A DNA stretch of 63,444 nt, counting the filler, from Welwitschia mirabilis (lineage: Eukaryota), in NCBI GenBank assembly GCA_051453625.1. It is 6 parts of one record of this genome, joined end to end, with 100 filler letters (N's around TTAATTAATTAA, not from the genome) between each part and the next. Parts side by side here need not be neighbours in the genome. Positions count along the whole stretch, not along the records: positions 39,091 to 55,682 come from JBOZIK010000001.1; 5 more parts are not named here. One strand, given 5' to 3'. The notes below the pieces were generated by a model, which had not been told where the DNA came from, did not search any database, and worked only from the letters and a program-made list of their open reading frames with translations. Below are positions 40,994 through 51,639 of this stretch, one piece after another (the stretch's first letter is position 1; each line of letters starts with the position of its first letter). Position numbers and translations under genes: made by a program.

Positions 40994-43953
40994 ATGTTAG
41001 AGAATTTAAAAAGGCTACATAAATACTACAAAAAGTATTACAAATGCTCTAAGTGATACCATTACTCAAATCAAGAAAAGGAAAGACGAGATAGACAAAG
41101 AAAAAGTTGCTTTCATGTATGATTCTAAAGATAAGAATGCACTTTATTTTGCTTTATCTATAGAAGAGTTCAATAGAAAGGTTGCAAGATGGCATAAGAA
41201 ATTTGGAATGTTCTAATTAGAATATAGGAAGGCACGTTTGTTGTGAAATAATTTAAGCTTCTAGTATGGATAAATCAATTCGAGAATCTTAAGATGAACC
41301 ATGGAGAAAGGATTTATGAGTACTTTACTAGAGTTTCAAACATTGTGAATGTAATACGTGGTATTGAAGAAGATCTTCTAGAAGCAAAGGTATTATAAAA
41401 AGTTGTTAGATCACTAACCCTTAATACAAGCTAGAGACCATAGTTATGGAAGAATCTAAATATTTGAACACAATGAAGATAGAAGAGCTACAGAGTGCTC
41501 TTACAGCATGTGAAATGAATCTCATATAAGATGGAGATTAAGACAATCCAAAGCATAAATCAAAGATTAAAAGGAAAGATGAATGAAGAAAAGGAAAAGG
41601 ATGACTTTAATGATAAACATGAGGGACTTACTTTCATTATAAAAAGAGTCAAGAAATTTCTTGCACATAAATACAACAAAAGGGNNNNNNNNNNNNNNNN
41701 NNNNNNNNNNNNNNNNNNNNNNNNNNNNNNNNNNNNNNNNNNNNNNNNNNNNNNNNNNNNNNNNNNNNNNNNNNNNNNNNNNNNNNNNNNNNNNNNNNNN
41801 NNNNNNNNNNNNNNNNNNNNNNNNNNNNNNNNNNNNNNNNNNNNNNNNNNNNNNNNNNNNNNNNNNNNNNNNNNNNNNNNNNNNNNNNNNNNNNNNNNNN
41901 NNNNNNNNNNNNNNNNNNNNNNNNNNNNNNNNNNNNNNNNNNNNNNNNNNNNNNNNNNNNNNNNNNNNNNNNNNNNNNNNNNNNNNNNNNNNNNNNNNNN
42001 NNNNNNNNNNNNNNNNNNNNNNNNNNNNNNNNNNNNNNNNNNNNNNNNNNNNNNNNNNNNNNNNNNNNNNNNNNNNNNNNNNNNNNNNNNNNNNNNNNNN
42101 NNNNNNNNNNNNNNNNNNNNNNNNNNNNNNNNNNNNNNNNNNNNNNNNNNNNNNNNNNNNNNNNNNNNNNNNNNNNNNNNNNNNNNNNNNNNNNNNNNNN
42201 NNNNNNNNNNNNNNNNNNNNNNNNNNNNNNNNNNNNNNNNNNNNNNNNNNNNNNNNNNNNNNNNNNNNNNNNNNNNNNNNNNNNNNNNNNNNNNNNNNNN
42301 NNNNNNNNNNNNNNNNNNNNNNNNNNNNNNNNNNNNNNNNNNNNNNNNNNNNNNNNNNNNNNNNNNNNNNNNNNNNNNNNNNNNNNNNNNNNNNNNNNNN
42401 NNNNNNNNNNNNNNNNNNNNNNNNNNNNNNNNNNNNNNNNNNNNNNNNNNNNNNNNNACTGATAGACTTTAGGATAAAGAATAAAAAAAAGAGATCAAGA
42501 AGAAGAAATCATTCTTTATAACATGGTATGATGATGAAGAGACAATAGAAGAACAAACATCTAATAATCAAAAAGCACATCGTTCATACATGGCCATTGC
42601 ACACCTTTAATGAGAAGCTGATAAGATCAAAGAAGAACATGATTTAAATAGCAAAGATGATTCAGGTACGAGTATTAAAGAAAAGTATATTATAATTTCT
42701 AAATAATTTATTAATCTACAAAAATTATGCACTAAAATGAGAAAGCTTCTTCACACTCATGAAGAAGCATATGAACCAAAAAAGAATGCTTGCAAAATTC
42801 CTCTTCTAAAAACTTAGCTCTTAAAGCTAAGGTTGGTAGTCTAATGTATGAATTAGATAACATAAGACAAGATCTTATAGATTCAAAGAAAATTATTTAA
42901 ATATTTAGATTAGGCAAAGAGACTTTGAATATCATACTCAGATAAAGCATAAATCCAAATGACAGGTGTGGCTTACAACATAATATAGTCAGAATAGACA
43001 CTTCAACTTCTCTATATGATAAATGGAATTATAAACTAAGCTAAGAACATTTGAAATTTACAAATAATATTATTTGCTATTATTCTCATAACAAAGGTCA
43101 TTACTAGTACAGATGTCTAATGAACAAAAATAGATATTATACTGACGAGGCCAAAATGCCTAATAGAATGGTATAGTATTTTATGTAGATTAAACCAAGA
43201 AAAGTTTGGATACCAAATGCACAATCATCACTTTCAACATAAACTATCTCACAAAGTACCTCAAATAAATTTAAATATTTTTTAAGCAAAATCAGAGAAG
43301 TAACGCATAGACATGAAAATAAGAAGGAATCAATAGAGCATAAAAGACATAATGAAGACATGATAATATAAGATATTATTGATCTACTTGGTGATAAGAC
43401 CTCAAAATAAAAAGGGAAGAAAAGATATGGGAAGCTATGTAGGACTTAAAGATCGAGCATTACCCAATTAGGTAAGTAAAAAGTTAATATTTTTAATTTC
43501 TCAACTCCACATTATATTTATCTTATGAGTTTAGATTACAATTATATGTAGTTAATATATTAAAGTTAAATTATGTGTGTGATATCTAATATTTTTTAAA
43601 GTACTATTATGTTTTTGTTAGTCATAGATCTTGTTGAAAAATTTAAAACTTTCATTATAGATGTCTTCAATTTTGTAGACATCTCTAGTGGAGACATCTT
43701 AAGATTTGTAGATGTTGTGAAAGTAGACATATTAAGTTTGGTAGATGTCTTAAGAAGGTATGTACATTATTTCATCTTTTCGAATTAGACATCTGAAATT
43801 TTTTAAACATCTTAGCAGTAGAAAAATGTATTGAAAGGCTTTTAATAAGAGATGTCTTGAGGTATGTAGATGTCTAACTTTTGCATTTTAGACATCTTCT
43901 AGTTTGTAGATGTCTTGACTGTAATATTGTAAAATTTAAAAATGCACTAGAAG
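40994..43953 (+). mobile_element. SIRE-like Ty1/copia gag pseudogene plus downstream noncoding region
   Basis: KNALYFALSIEEFNR (~41135), NQFENLKMNHGE, EESKYLNTMKIEELQSALTACE (~41450), decayed zinc knuckle ICYYSHNKGH (~43072). No pol visible. Confidence 0.7.
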
Positions 43954-44195
43954 NNNNNNNNNNNNNNNNNNNNNNNNNNNNNNNNNNNNNNNNNNNNNNN
44001 NNNNNNNNNNNNNNNNNNNNNNNNNNNNNNNNNNNNNNNNNNNNNNNNNNNNNTCAATAAGCATAAAAGTCATGGTGGAATAAATTCTACTCCTTTGTCC
44101 TTTTTAGTTCATGGATAAGAGTGCATATTCTTATTCACATGTTTACACTCTTCATGATCCTTCACATCAATAACACAAATTACAAGAAAGAAATA

Positions 44196-44264
44196 TCATA
44201 ATTGAATGTAAGAAAATGTCATAATTGAATGTAAGATTATGTCATAGTTGAATGTAAGAAATTG
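44196..44264. repeat. 23-bp tandem repeat, 3 copies
   Basis: tcataRttgaatgtaagaWWWtg units at 44196, 44219 and 44242. Confidence 0.9.
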
Positions 44265-45484
44265 CCATATGTAAACATAGTACTCTTATTTTTTACTTAC
44301 TTCTTATTCTTTTACGTTTGCTAAGTAATTTTAGGTTTTCCCCTCTTTCTTTATTTTTATATTTTAATAAGGCACATGAATAAAATAAAGATATCACATG
44401 CCATTTTTGTAGGCATTTTATTCTTATTTTACACCTTTATGTGAATTTTCAATTTAACCATGTAAATGACTTATCTAATCGTAGGTAGGTTTATTTAGTA
44501 TTAAAGTTCTTATAATTATCATTATTTAAAATAATAAAATTACCCAAAAATAAGATTAATTAATCAAGTAACTTTATGACTATCTATGAATTAAAATATA
44601 TGTTTGACATAAGAAATATAATACATTGTTAATTATAAGGCTACACAATGATTTTCATTAAAATTTGATATCAAAATGTATTACATGATTTAGAAACTCT
44701 CATAATTATGTCATTTTGTTTACTAATTAAAGATTATAAAATGTGGGATATAACAATTACGAGGCTTTTTACCCCTCTAAAATTGCTTGTCTATGTTGTC
44801 GATTTCTTCAACTTAACAAATTCCTTTATTTCTCAGCCATTTTTGCTAGTGAACGTAGGTGTTCTGCAGCTTTTATGAGTGGTTTAATGACGTTTTTCAG
44901 GTGGAGCGATCGATGGAACTAGGAGTGAATGAATAATGATAAAAATCTCAAGATTCTATTCAGATGAGAACCACTATGATCTTTGTTGGCAGCATTTCGA
45001 GCCCTTTGCTTCTTATGCTTGTAGAAACTTGAGCAAAATCTTTGCAGGAAGAACTAATAGTAATCATAAAATGGTTGAAATAAAAAATCCTCTATTTGGC
45101 ACATGGCTTCATATAAACATGTATAGAGCTTACTTTGTTGTTGAATCAAAGCAATGTGTATTATTTTCAAAACATCGTCCAAGTTACTCTATTCCAAGCC
45201 TCTCTATCTAGAAGGTGCAAGTGTTAGCACTACCTCAAATGTCATGAGTAGTGCTACCTTTGCTTCCATAGACACTATTCGATGTTTCTTCAGTGGCCTC
45301 TTGTGTTTTATGTTCATGTCATCTACCAGTCATGGTGAAGTTGGTGGAAGCCACAGCAAGTGAAAACATGGACAGTGCATGTTTTTGCAAATTCGATTGG
45401 AGATGAGAACCATTATAGCACAACAAGAAGTGACGCAAGTCCAAGATTAAGGATCTGCAATTAAATAGAAAGCCTTAGGACCTA

Positions 45485-45720
45485 GCTCTGATACCAGTTG
45501 TGAGATTGCAGAGCATGAGGAGGGTGGATCCAACAAATTAGTGTGGAATTGCAGTTCATTATTCTCCATTAACAAAATATGAATTTAAAAGACAATATAG
45601 ACTATAAATAGACCCACAAAACATGGATCGTCTTAGACACAATAGCAAGTAATAGCTATCACAAATTGATAGATGGTATATGGGCATTCCCACTATACCG
45701 TATTAAAATAGACCTCAACA
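45485..45720 (-). mobile_element. tRNA-iMet PBS plus short putative copia-type LTR
   Basis: gctctgatacca (45485-45496) is a perfect reverse complement of TGGTATCAGAGC and lies 2 nt from TG at 45499. Candidate other end is ctcaaca at 45720. No partner LTR or coding domain recognised. Confidence 0.5.
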
Positions 45721-46139
45721 ATAATAAAAGTTACAAATTTTTTCATTTGGTTGCTTTTTTTAAAAATTTACCGAGAACTTTGAATAACTTTATAGATGAA
45801 ATCTTTTAAGCTAATGCCCCATTTATTTTCACTAGCAAATAGACCTTTAAAGTCTATATAAATATCATTTGAAAATTTCAAATTTAACCATGTTTATTTC
45901 TGCTATCTAATAGATCTTTAGTTTACATGGATATTACTTAAAAATTTCAATTTCCATTTCAATTTTGTTCTTGGATTTTAACTTTCTTTTAAAAAGATTC
46001 TTATATATACATGAGATAACTTATTCCAGAGAAGCTTTGTTTTCTTCCTATAAACAAGGAATTGGATCCAAACACATGGTTATAACTTTTATTTTTTAAT
46101 ATTAAATATATGAAAATGGGACTAGTAAGGAGGATGAAT

Positions 46140-46152
46140 CTTGGAACAGAAG
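46140..46152. promoter_or_regulatory. Candidate SOG1-binding motif CTT(N)7AAG
   Basis: CTTGGAACAGAAG, 129-141 bp upstream of the RAD51 ATG; RAD51 is a known SOG1 target in Arabidopsis. Confidence 0.4.
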
Positions 46153-46186
46153 CCTCTATGCTTGGAGCAAGAGTTTTGTGCTCGGT

Positions 46187-46194
46187 TTTGGCGG
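46187..46194 (+). promoter_or_regulatory. Candidate E2F site (TTTSSCGS)
   Basis: TTTGGCGG, ~90 bp upstream of the RAD51 ATG. Confidence 0.5.
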
Positions 46195-46280
46195 TACCAC
46201 CACGAGATTCAAAAAAAGCTCAAAAACGAACATTCTGTTCACTTTTGCCAAAGCATTTTGAGTTTCGTTGATTGGACTTG

Positions 46281-49215
46281 ATGGAGCAACAGCAGCGCAA
46301 GCAGAAAGTGATAGAGGAAGAGGAAAACCTCGAAGAGCAGCAGCAGGGTCCCTATCCCGTCGAGCAGCTGCAGGTTCTCCTTCAATCCTTGAAAACCTTA
46401 ATGAATAACAAGTATCGCTTCTCTGTTTTTATGTTTTCCTCTGAATTATCTTTCTTTTTAGGGTAGGCATGTGGAATCTCTGCTTTGGATGTGAAGAAGC
46501 TGAAAGAAGCAGGTCTCTGTACTGTAGAGGCTGTGGCCTACTCGCCCAAGAAGGAGCTCGTTCTGATCAAGGGCCTCAGCGATGCAAAAGTGGACAAAAT
46601 CATCGAAGCAGGTAAGCGGCGCCTGCAACTGTAAAGTCATATTCTGTTCTACGGGCTGGTTTATTTTGAGTTAAGATCTGGCTTGGTTTTGGGCAGCTTC
46701 AAAAGTAGTGCCAATGGGCTTCACAAGCGCGAGCCAGTTGCACGCCCAGCGGCTTGAGATCATTCAGATAAGCTCCGGTTCCAGAGATCTCGATAAGATC
46801 TTAGAAGGTTGTCAAACCTTCGTTCTGGTTTCTTGCGTTTTAGGGTTTTCTTGGCGTGTTTGTGAAAGCGCTTTTGCTTATTTTCTTGCCTGTTTGTGGT
46901 AGGGGGTATCGAGACGGGTTCCATCACTGAGATATATGGAGAATTCAGAACTGGAAAGACTCAACTCTGTCACACTCTCTGCGTTACTTGTCAGGCAAGT
47001 GCTCTCTGTCTAGCTTAAAGGCCAAAAATGTCTTAAAGCAAGAGACTCTGCATTATCTTTAATAGCTTAATTGATTCCTCTTTTGAAGCCTCTCGAATCA
47101 TAGCAGAGACTTGAATACCTGAAACATCGATATTGCATCCAATTAATTTTCTTTGACAACGTTGCGAAGAAGCTCAATGTGGCTGTTCCAGATATTCTGG
47201 TAACACGATGAATTGAATTTCAAGGTTCAATGTTCTGCATGTAGCATCGCACACAGTTTTATCTTTCATTTGTGGATTTGCAAAATGCAATTACTGGAAC
47301 AAATCCTACCAATCCTTAGCATAGCTGCGTAAACAAAAATTTGAGAAAGCCCAAAACACCTGCAAAGCCATTCCCACCCGAAATCTGCAACCTCGTAGTT
47401 CCACAGGGTGTGCATATAACTTTCTTCAGCCGAGTGGTATCACATTTTACCAATAACAATGATGCGAGATAGTTGGTCATAATATTCTGCATGAAAACAC
47501 AAAAAATGCATTATATCTCAGAAATTCTGTGTTATAATAAGGTATTCGTATTCTTTACAAAGCATTCCATTATGCATAGAGTATGAATTTTGAATCATAA
47601 CCAAGTAAAAAGAAGCATTCAGATTATCACGTTGTCCGATGTCTTTTTAGAAGTTACAGTTTCAACGATCGTTAAACTGATATAACGATTCTATCCAGGC
47701 CAAAATATGAGTGAAAAACACACATCTAAAACACTTATTATCATCAAATAAGATTCTACCTCACATAACAGTTAAAGAATCCACATACTTCTACAAAGAA
47801 AATAGTAACCTTCTGTCCTTTGCGCTCTGTTCTGTCTCCTAAGCCAAATATTTCTGAAGGCTATTTTTCAAGTCATATTCAGTTCTTTTTTGTTTTACAA
47901 TCCTATAATTCTAAGTGCTTTCTCTTGTTCACTATTCACAATTTCACTGGGAATGTCTAGACCTTGAACATAACTGCCAACAGATTGCACTTGTCTGCAA
48001 TGTGGTTTTGAAAATGTTTGATAGTTCTCCTGATTTCATGTGAATGTGTTTGTTTGTTTAGTTGCCATTGGATCAAGGAGGTGGCGAAGGCAAAGCATTA
48101 TACATTGATGCAGAAGGAACCTTTCGACCACAACGACTGCTGCAGATTGCAGAAAGGCAAGAAGGATAGCCAAAATGCACTTTTCTTACTGGAGTAATGG
48201 AGTTTTCCCTTTTTTGCTTTGCTGAAATATGTAATGTTTTTGTGTTTTAGATTTGGACTGAATGGGGCAGATGTACTGGAAAACGTTGCTTATGCAAGGG
48301 CTTATAATACCGATCACCAGTCAAGATTGCTGCTGGAGGCAGCTTCTATGATGGCAGAAACAAGGTATTCCTTTCATTTCTCTTAAATTAGAAAGCACAG
48401 GCATTTCTTTTAAATTACAAAGCATAAACTGCTGATACTCCAGAACTCATTCACAGAAATCTAAGATACCCTGTGGCATATTACTTACTGCATCTTTGTT
48501 CTGTTAAAAAGTTTAAAAGAACATGCTCATCTTAGAGCAACTGATCTCCTATTTTCTGGGAACTTCTTCATATGTATCAACTTCATGGATTTGTTTTATT
48601 CTAGCGAAGGATTTCTTTTACTGATTTAAACTCTGTTATACGAAATGCTGTTATTTTTAGGTTTGCTTTGATGGTTGTAGACAGTGCCACTGCCCTTTAC
48701 AGAACTGACTTTGTAGGCAGAGGAGAATTGTCAGCAAGACAAATGCATCTGGCTAAGTTTCTGAGAAGCCTTCAGAAGATGGCAGATGAAGTGAGGAATA
48801 TGCAGAGTTTGATCATTTTAATTATTTGAAAATATCATCTGAATTTCTCAATGGATCTAAAGATGCGATGTGCTTCCATTACAGTTTGGTGTGGCAGTTG
48901 TGGTGACCAATCAGGTAGTTGCCCAAGTAGATGGCTCTGCTATATTTGCAGGTCCCCAAGTGAAACCCATTGGAGGAAACATCATAGCACATGCTTCCAC
49001 CACAAGGTCAGTTCCTCATTCCTTCCCTTTTTCTTTTTCAGAGTAAGAATGGAAGCCTGTTAGGCTTAAGGATTTGTATCGACAATGATAGGCTTGCCCT
49101 GCGCAAAGGCCGTGGCGAAGAGCGTGTCTGTAAAGTGATCAGTTCACCCTGCTTACCAGAAGCAGAAGCACGTTTTCAGATCACAACTGAAGGTGTTATT
49201 GATTGCAAGGATTGA
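46281..49215 (+). CDS. RAD51: DNA repair recombinase RAD51, 9 coding exons, 341 aa
   Basis: Exons 46281-46373, 46467-46611, 46697-46807, 46903-46994, 48062-48156, 48251-48364, 48661-48790, 48885-49006 and 49092-49215 total 1026 nt and splice into one [12 protein letters not shown]...[25 protein letters not shown]...GFTSAS...GEFRTGKT (Walker A)...LMVVD (Walker B)...[20 protein letters not shown]...[24 protein letters not shown]. The motifs are RAD51-type rather than DMC1-type. Confidence 0.98.
46995..48061 (+). other. RAD51 intron 4, GC-AG type
   Basis: CAG|GCAAGT...TTTAG|TTG joins TCQ to LPLDQGGG in frame; the GT at 46999 would shift the frame. Confidence 0.9.
48157..48250 (+). other. RAD51 intron 5, GC-AG type
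   Basis: AAG|GCAAGA...TTTTAG|A joins QIAE-R-FGLNG; read-through hits TAG within four codons, before any GT. Confidence 0.88.
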
Positions 49216-49853
49216 TGAACTTATTACGTGAAATGCTGTTCGTATTTTTGGCTGCAAAAAATATAGAACCAGTATTGCAGAACTGTTTATCCATCCAGTG
49301 TGGGTTACTCAGTCCAGAGGACCCAGAAACCCCTCATGATTTTTGCTGAGAGTATACCTTGTGTGTAACATTCCTCTCAGGAATTGATTTCTCTTCAAGA
49401 TATCTATTATCGCTGTTGTAAGGGGCTTAATATACTTGTACACAGGCGTGCACGTGCTTAAGGTACCCACACAGTGGAATTTTGGGTCGAATCTGCTCCT
49501 GTCTATTGTTTTGGAACTAGTTTTGGCATCATGATTGGGTACTTTTATTGTTTATAGTGGTTCGAAAATTATTTGTAAATGAACTATAAAAAAGGGTTGA
49601 AAAAATTAAAAAAAGCTCTAATGTCTAATTAGCCAAGAACATTGTCTTTTAGCTAGCATTTTGTTGAGAAGGCTTGAACTGTGTTTTAAAATATGACTAT
49701 TTTATATGAATATAATCATAAGAACATCATATTTTTTTCATGCTTATTCTTCATTATTCTTTCCTCTTGTTCACTCTCGACCTCTCTTTGCATATTCTCC
49801 TGTCCTACAAAAACAAACATCAGCATTAGGATGAGCTTTGAATCTTTGAGTAG

Positions 49854-50745
49854 TTTAAGCTTGTTTTGCATGCCTAAAGGGTCATTGACAACAAGATTGG
49901 AATGTAAGCAAGCAACTAATTTAACTATATTGAATTTATTCATTTTGCAATTTGATTGCTCTCCTTGAATTGAGGATGTTACGATACCTTGCTTTTTTTT
50001 TCGTGTCTATAGGTCCTTTATTATTATTTCTTTTCTTCATTTGGAAGAATCAAAAAGCCTTTCTTTACTTTATTTATTTCATCAGTTTTAAGGTTTAAAG
50101 GTACAACTAAAATTAAGAAAGGCCTTTTGAGTCTCTTTTCAATGATTGAAACAATCTTGATAGTAGACATGGAAATTGATTTTGAAGATGTTTATGATTT
50201 CATGTGATATTTTGTGAAAACGAAGCATCAATAGTGTGTGGTTGGATGCCATTTAGCCATTTCAAATTCCTCTCATAAAAGATTAAGGTTTCAATTTTAT
50301 TATCTTATCACATAGCTAGATTTAGGCTTTTGAGTTTTTGGTTTTTCCAACGTTAAGAAGAATGATAAGAGAGAGAACTACATGTTGATTGACTATAAGG
50401 AAGATGCCCATCTTTGTGCATTCTCTATGCTTGCTCAATCATTTTAGATGGCTGCTTCACATGTGCTTTTGTCATTGCTTTCCATTCCCTTGCTCTTTTG
50501 TGAGCAATTATCATTTTCTTCAACAAATTTTCCTCCAAGTTTGATCTCATGTTCTTTAGTTTCACTTGTTTTAAATTTGAAAAACCAAAGTTCATCATTA
50601 TTGATGCATTACACATTTAGGGTGATTTGGTACATTATTTATAGTAGCAATAGCTATTGTCATGACAGATTCAGAAAATGTACAAAAGTTGTAATGGAAT
50701 TTTTTGTGGTTGAAGTTGGGAAGTGCAAGAACCATCACCATTAAA
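49854..50745. repeat. Copy 1 of a ~0.9-kb local direct duplication (copy 2 at 51113-51990)
   Basis: Collinear from tttaagcttg..gcatgcctaaaggg to caccattaaa, with many scattered substitutions and small indels. Confidence 0.9.
50380..50565 (-). pseudogene. Duplicated last exon of a remorin pseudogene
   Basis: VKLKNMRSNLEENLLKKMIIAHKRAREWKA...EQA* resembles the Remorin_C coiled coil; the acceptor reads CAA instead of CAG. Confidence 0.7.
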
Positions 50746-51012
50746 TTGGTTTATGTACCAATGAAGATCTTTATATTGGAGCTCTTTTTTTAATGTTTCT
50801 TTGTGCTTTATGTTTAATAGCAGGTAGATTACATCTATAGCCAAAAAGAAAGCCGAGTGTTTCTTGGTTCAAAAATGCTAAATCACGTCTAAATCATCAT
50901 TTGTCAGGGCTCTTTGGAGTTAGTTCTTTAGCTTTGACAGGCCATTTAGTCCATGTGGCTCTTCCAGAGTCCAGAGGAGTACACGTGAGATGGTCTAATT
51001 TTTTGAATGTTT
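50745..51012 (+). pseudogene. psaB: Nuclear plastid DNA insertion (NUPT): psaB fragment
   Basis: [16 protein letters not shown]...[64 protein letters not shown] matches photosystem I PsaB; internal stop and W>R/W>L changes; ends at an N-gap. Confidence 0.95.
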
Positions 51013-51639
51013 NNNNNNNNNNNNNNNNNNNNNNNNNNNNNNNNNNNNNNNNNNNNNNNNNNNNNNNNNNNNNNNNNNNNNNNNNNNNNNNNNNNNNNNN
51101 NNNNNNNNNNNNTTTAAGCTTGATTTGCATGCCTAAAGGGTCATTGGCAACAAGATTGGAATGTAAGCAAGCAAGTGGTTTAACTACATTGAATTTATTC
51201 ATTTTGCAATTTGATTGCTCTCCTTGAAATGAGGATTTTACCATACCTTGCTTTCTGTTTGTGTCTATAGGTCCTTTATTATTATTTCTTTTGCTTCATT
51301 TGGAAGAGTCAAAAAGCCTTTCTTTACTTTAGTTATTTCATCAATTTTAGGGTTTAAAGGTACAACTAAAATTAAGAAAGGCCTTTTGAGTCTCTTTTCA
51401 ATGATTGAAACAATGTTGATAGTAATTGAAATTGATTTTGAAGGTGGTTATGATTTCATGTGATATTTTGTGAAAATGAAGAATCAATAGTGTGTGTTGG
51501 ATGACATTTAGCCATTTTAAATTCCTCTTATAAAAAATTAAGGTTTCAATTTTATTATCTTAATCACATAGTTAGGTTTAGGCTTTTGAGTTTTTGGGTT
51601 TTCCAATGTCAAGAAGAATGATAAGAGAGAGAACTACAT

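Noticed and set aside
44880..45363. Acceptor-like tttttcag and short ORFs (44936-45211, 45154-45363) as a gene upstream of RAD51
   Set aside because: No recognisable protein motif or consistent exon chain.
49021..49050. Strong pyrimidine tract, CAG and then a-GTAAG inside RAD51 intron 8, as an alternative acceptor or 1-nt microexon
   Set aside because: It would need a 35-nt intron and gives a stop or frameshift. The acceptor at 49090-49091 restores the conserved TTRLALRKG.
46281..49215. DMC1, a RAD51 paralogue or a pseudogene as alternative calls
   Set aside because: The spliced product is full length, has no stops and carries RAD51-specific motifs throughout.
50901..51227. 108-aa ORF fusing PsaB to other sequence as a chimeric gene
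   Set aside because: It starts at TTG, spans an N-gap and follows an in-frame stop in the psaB fragment.
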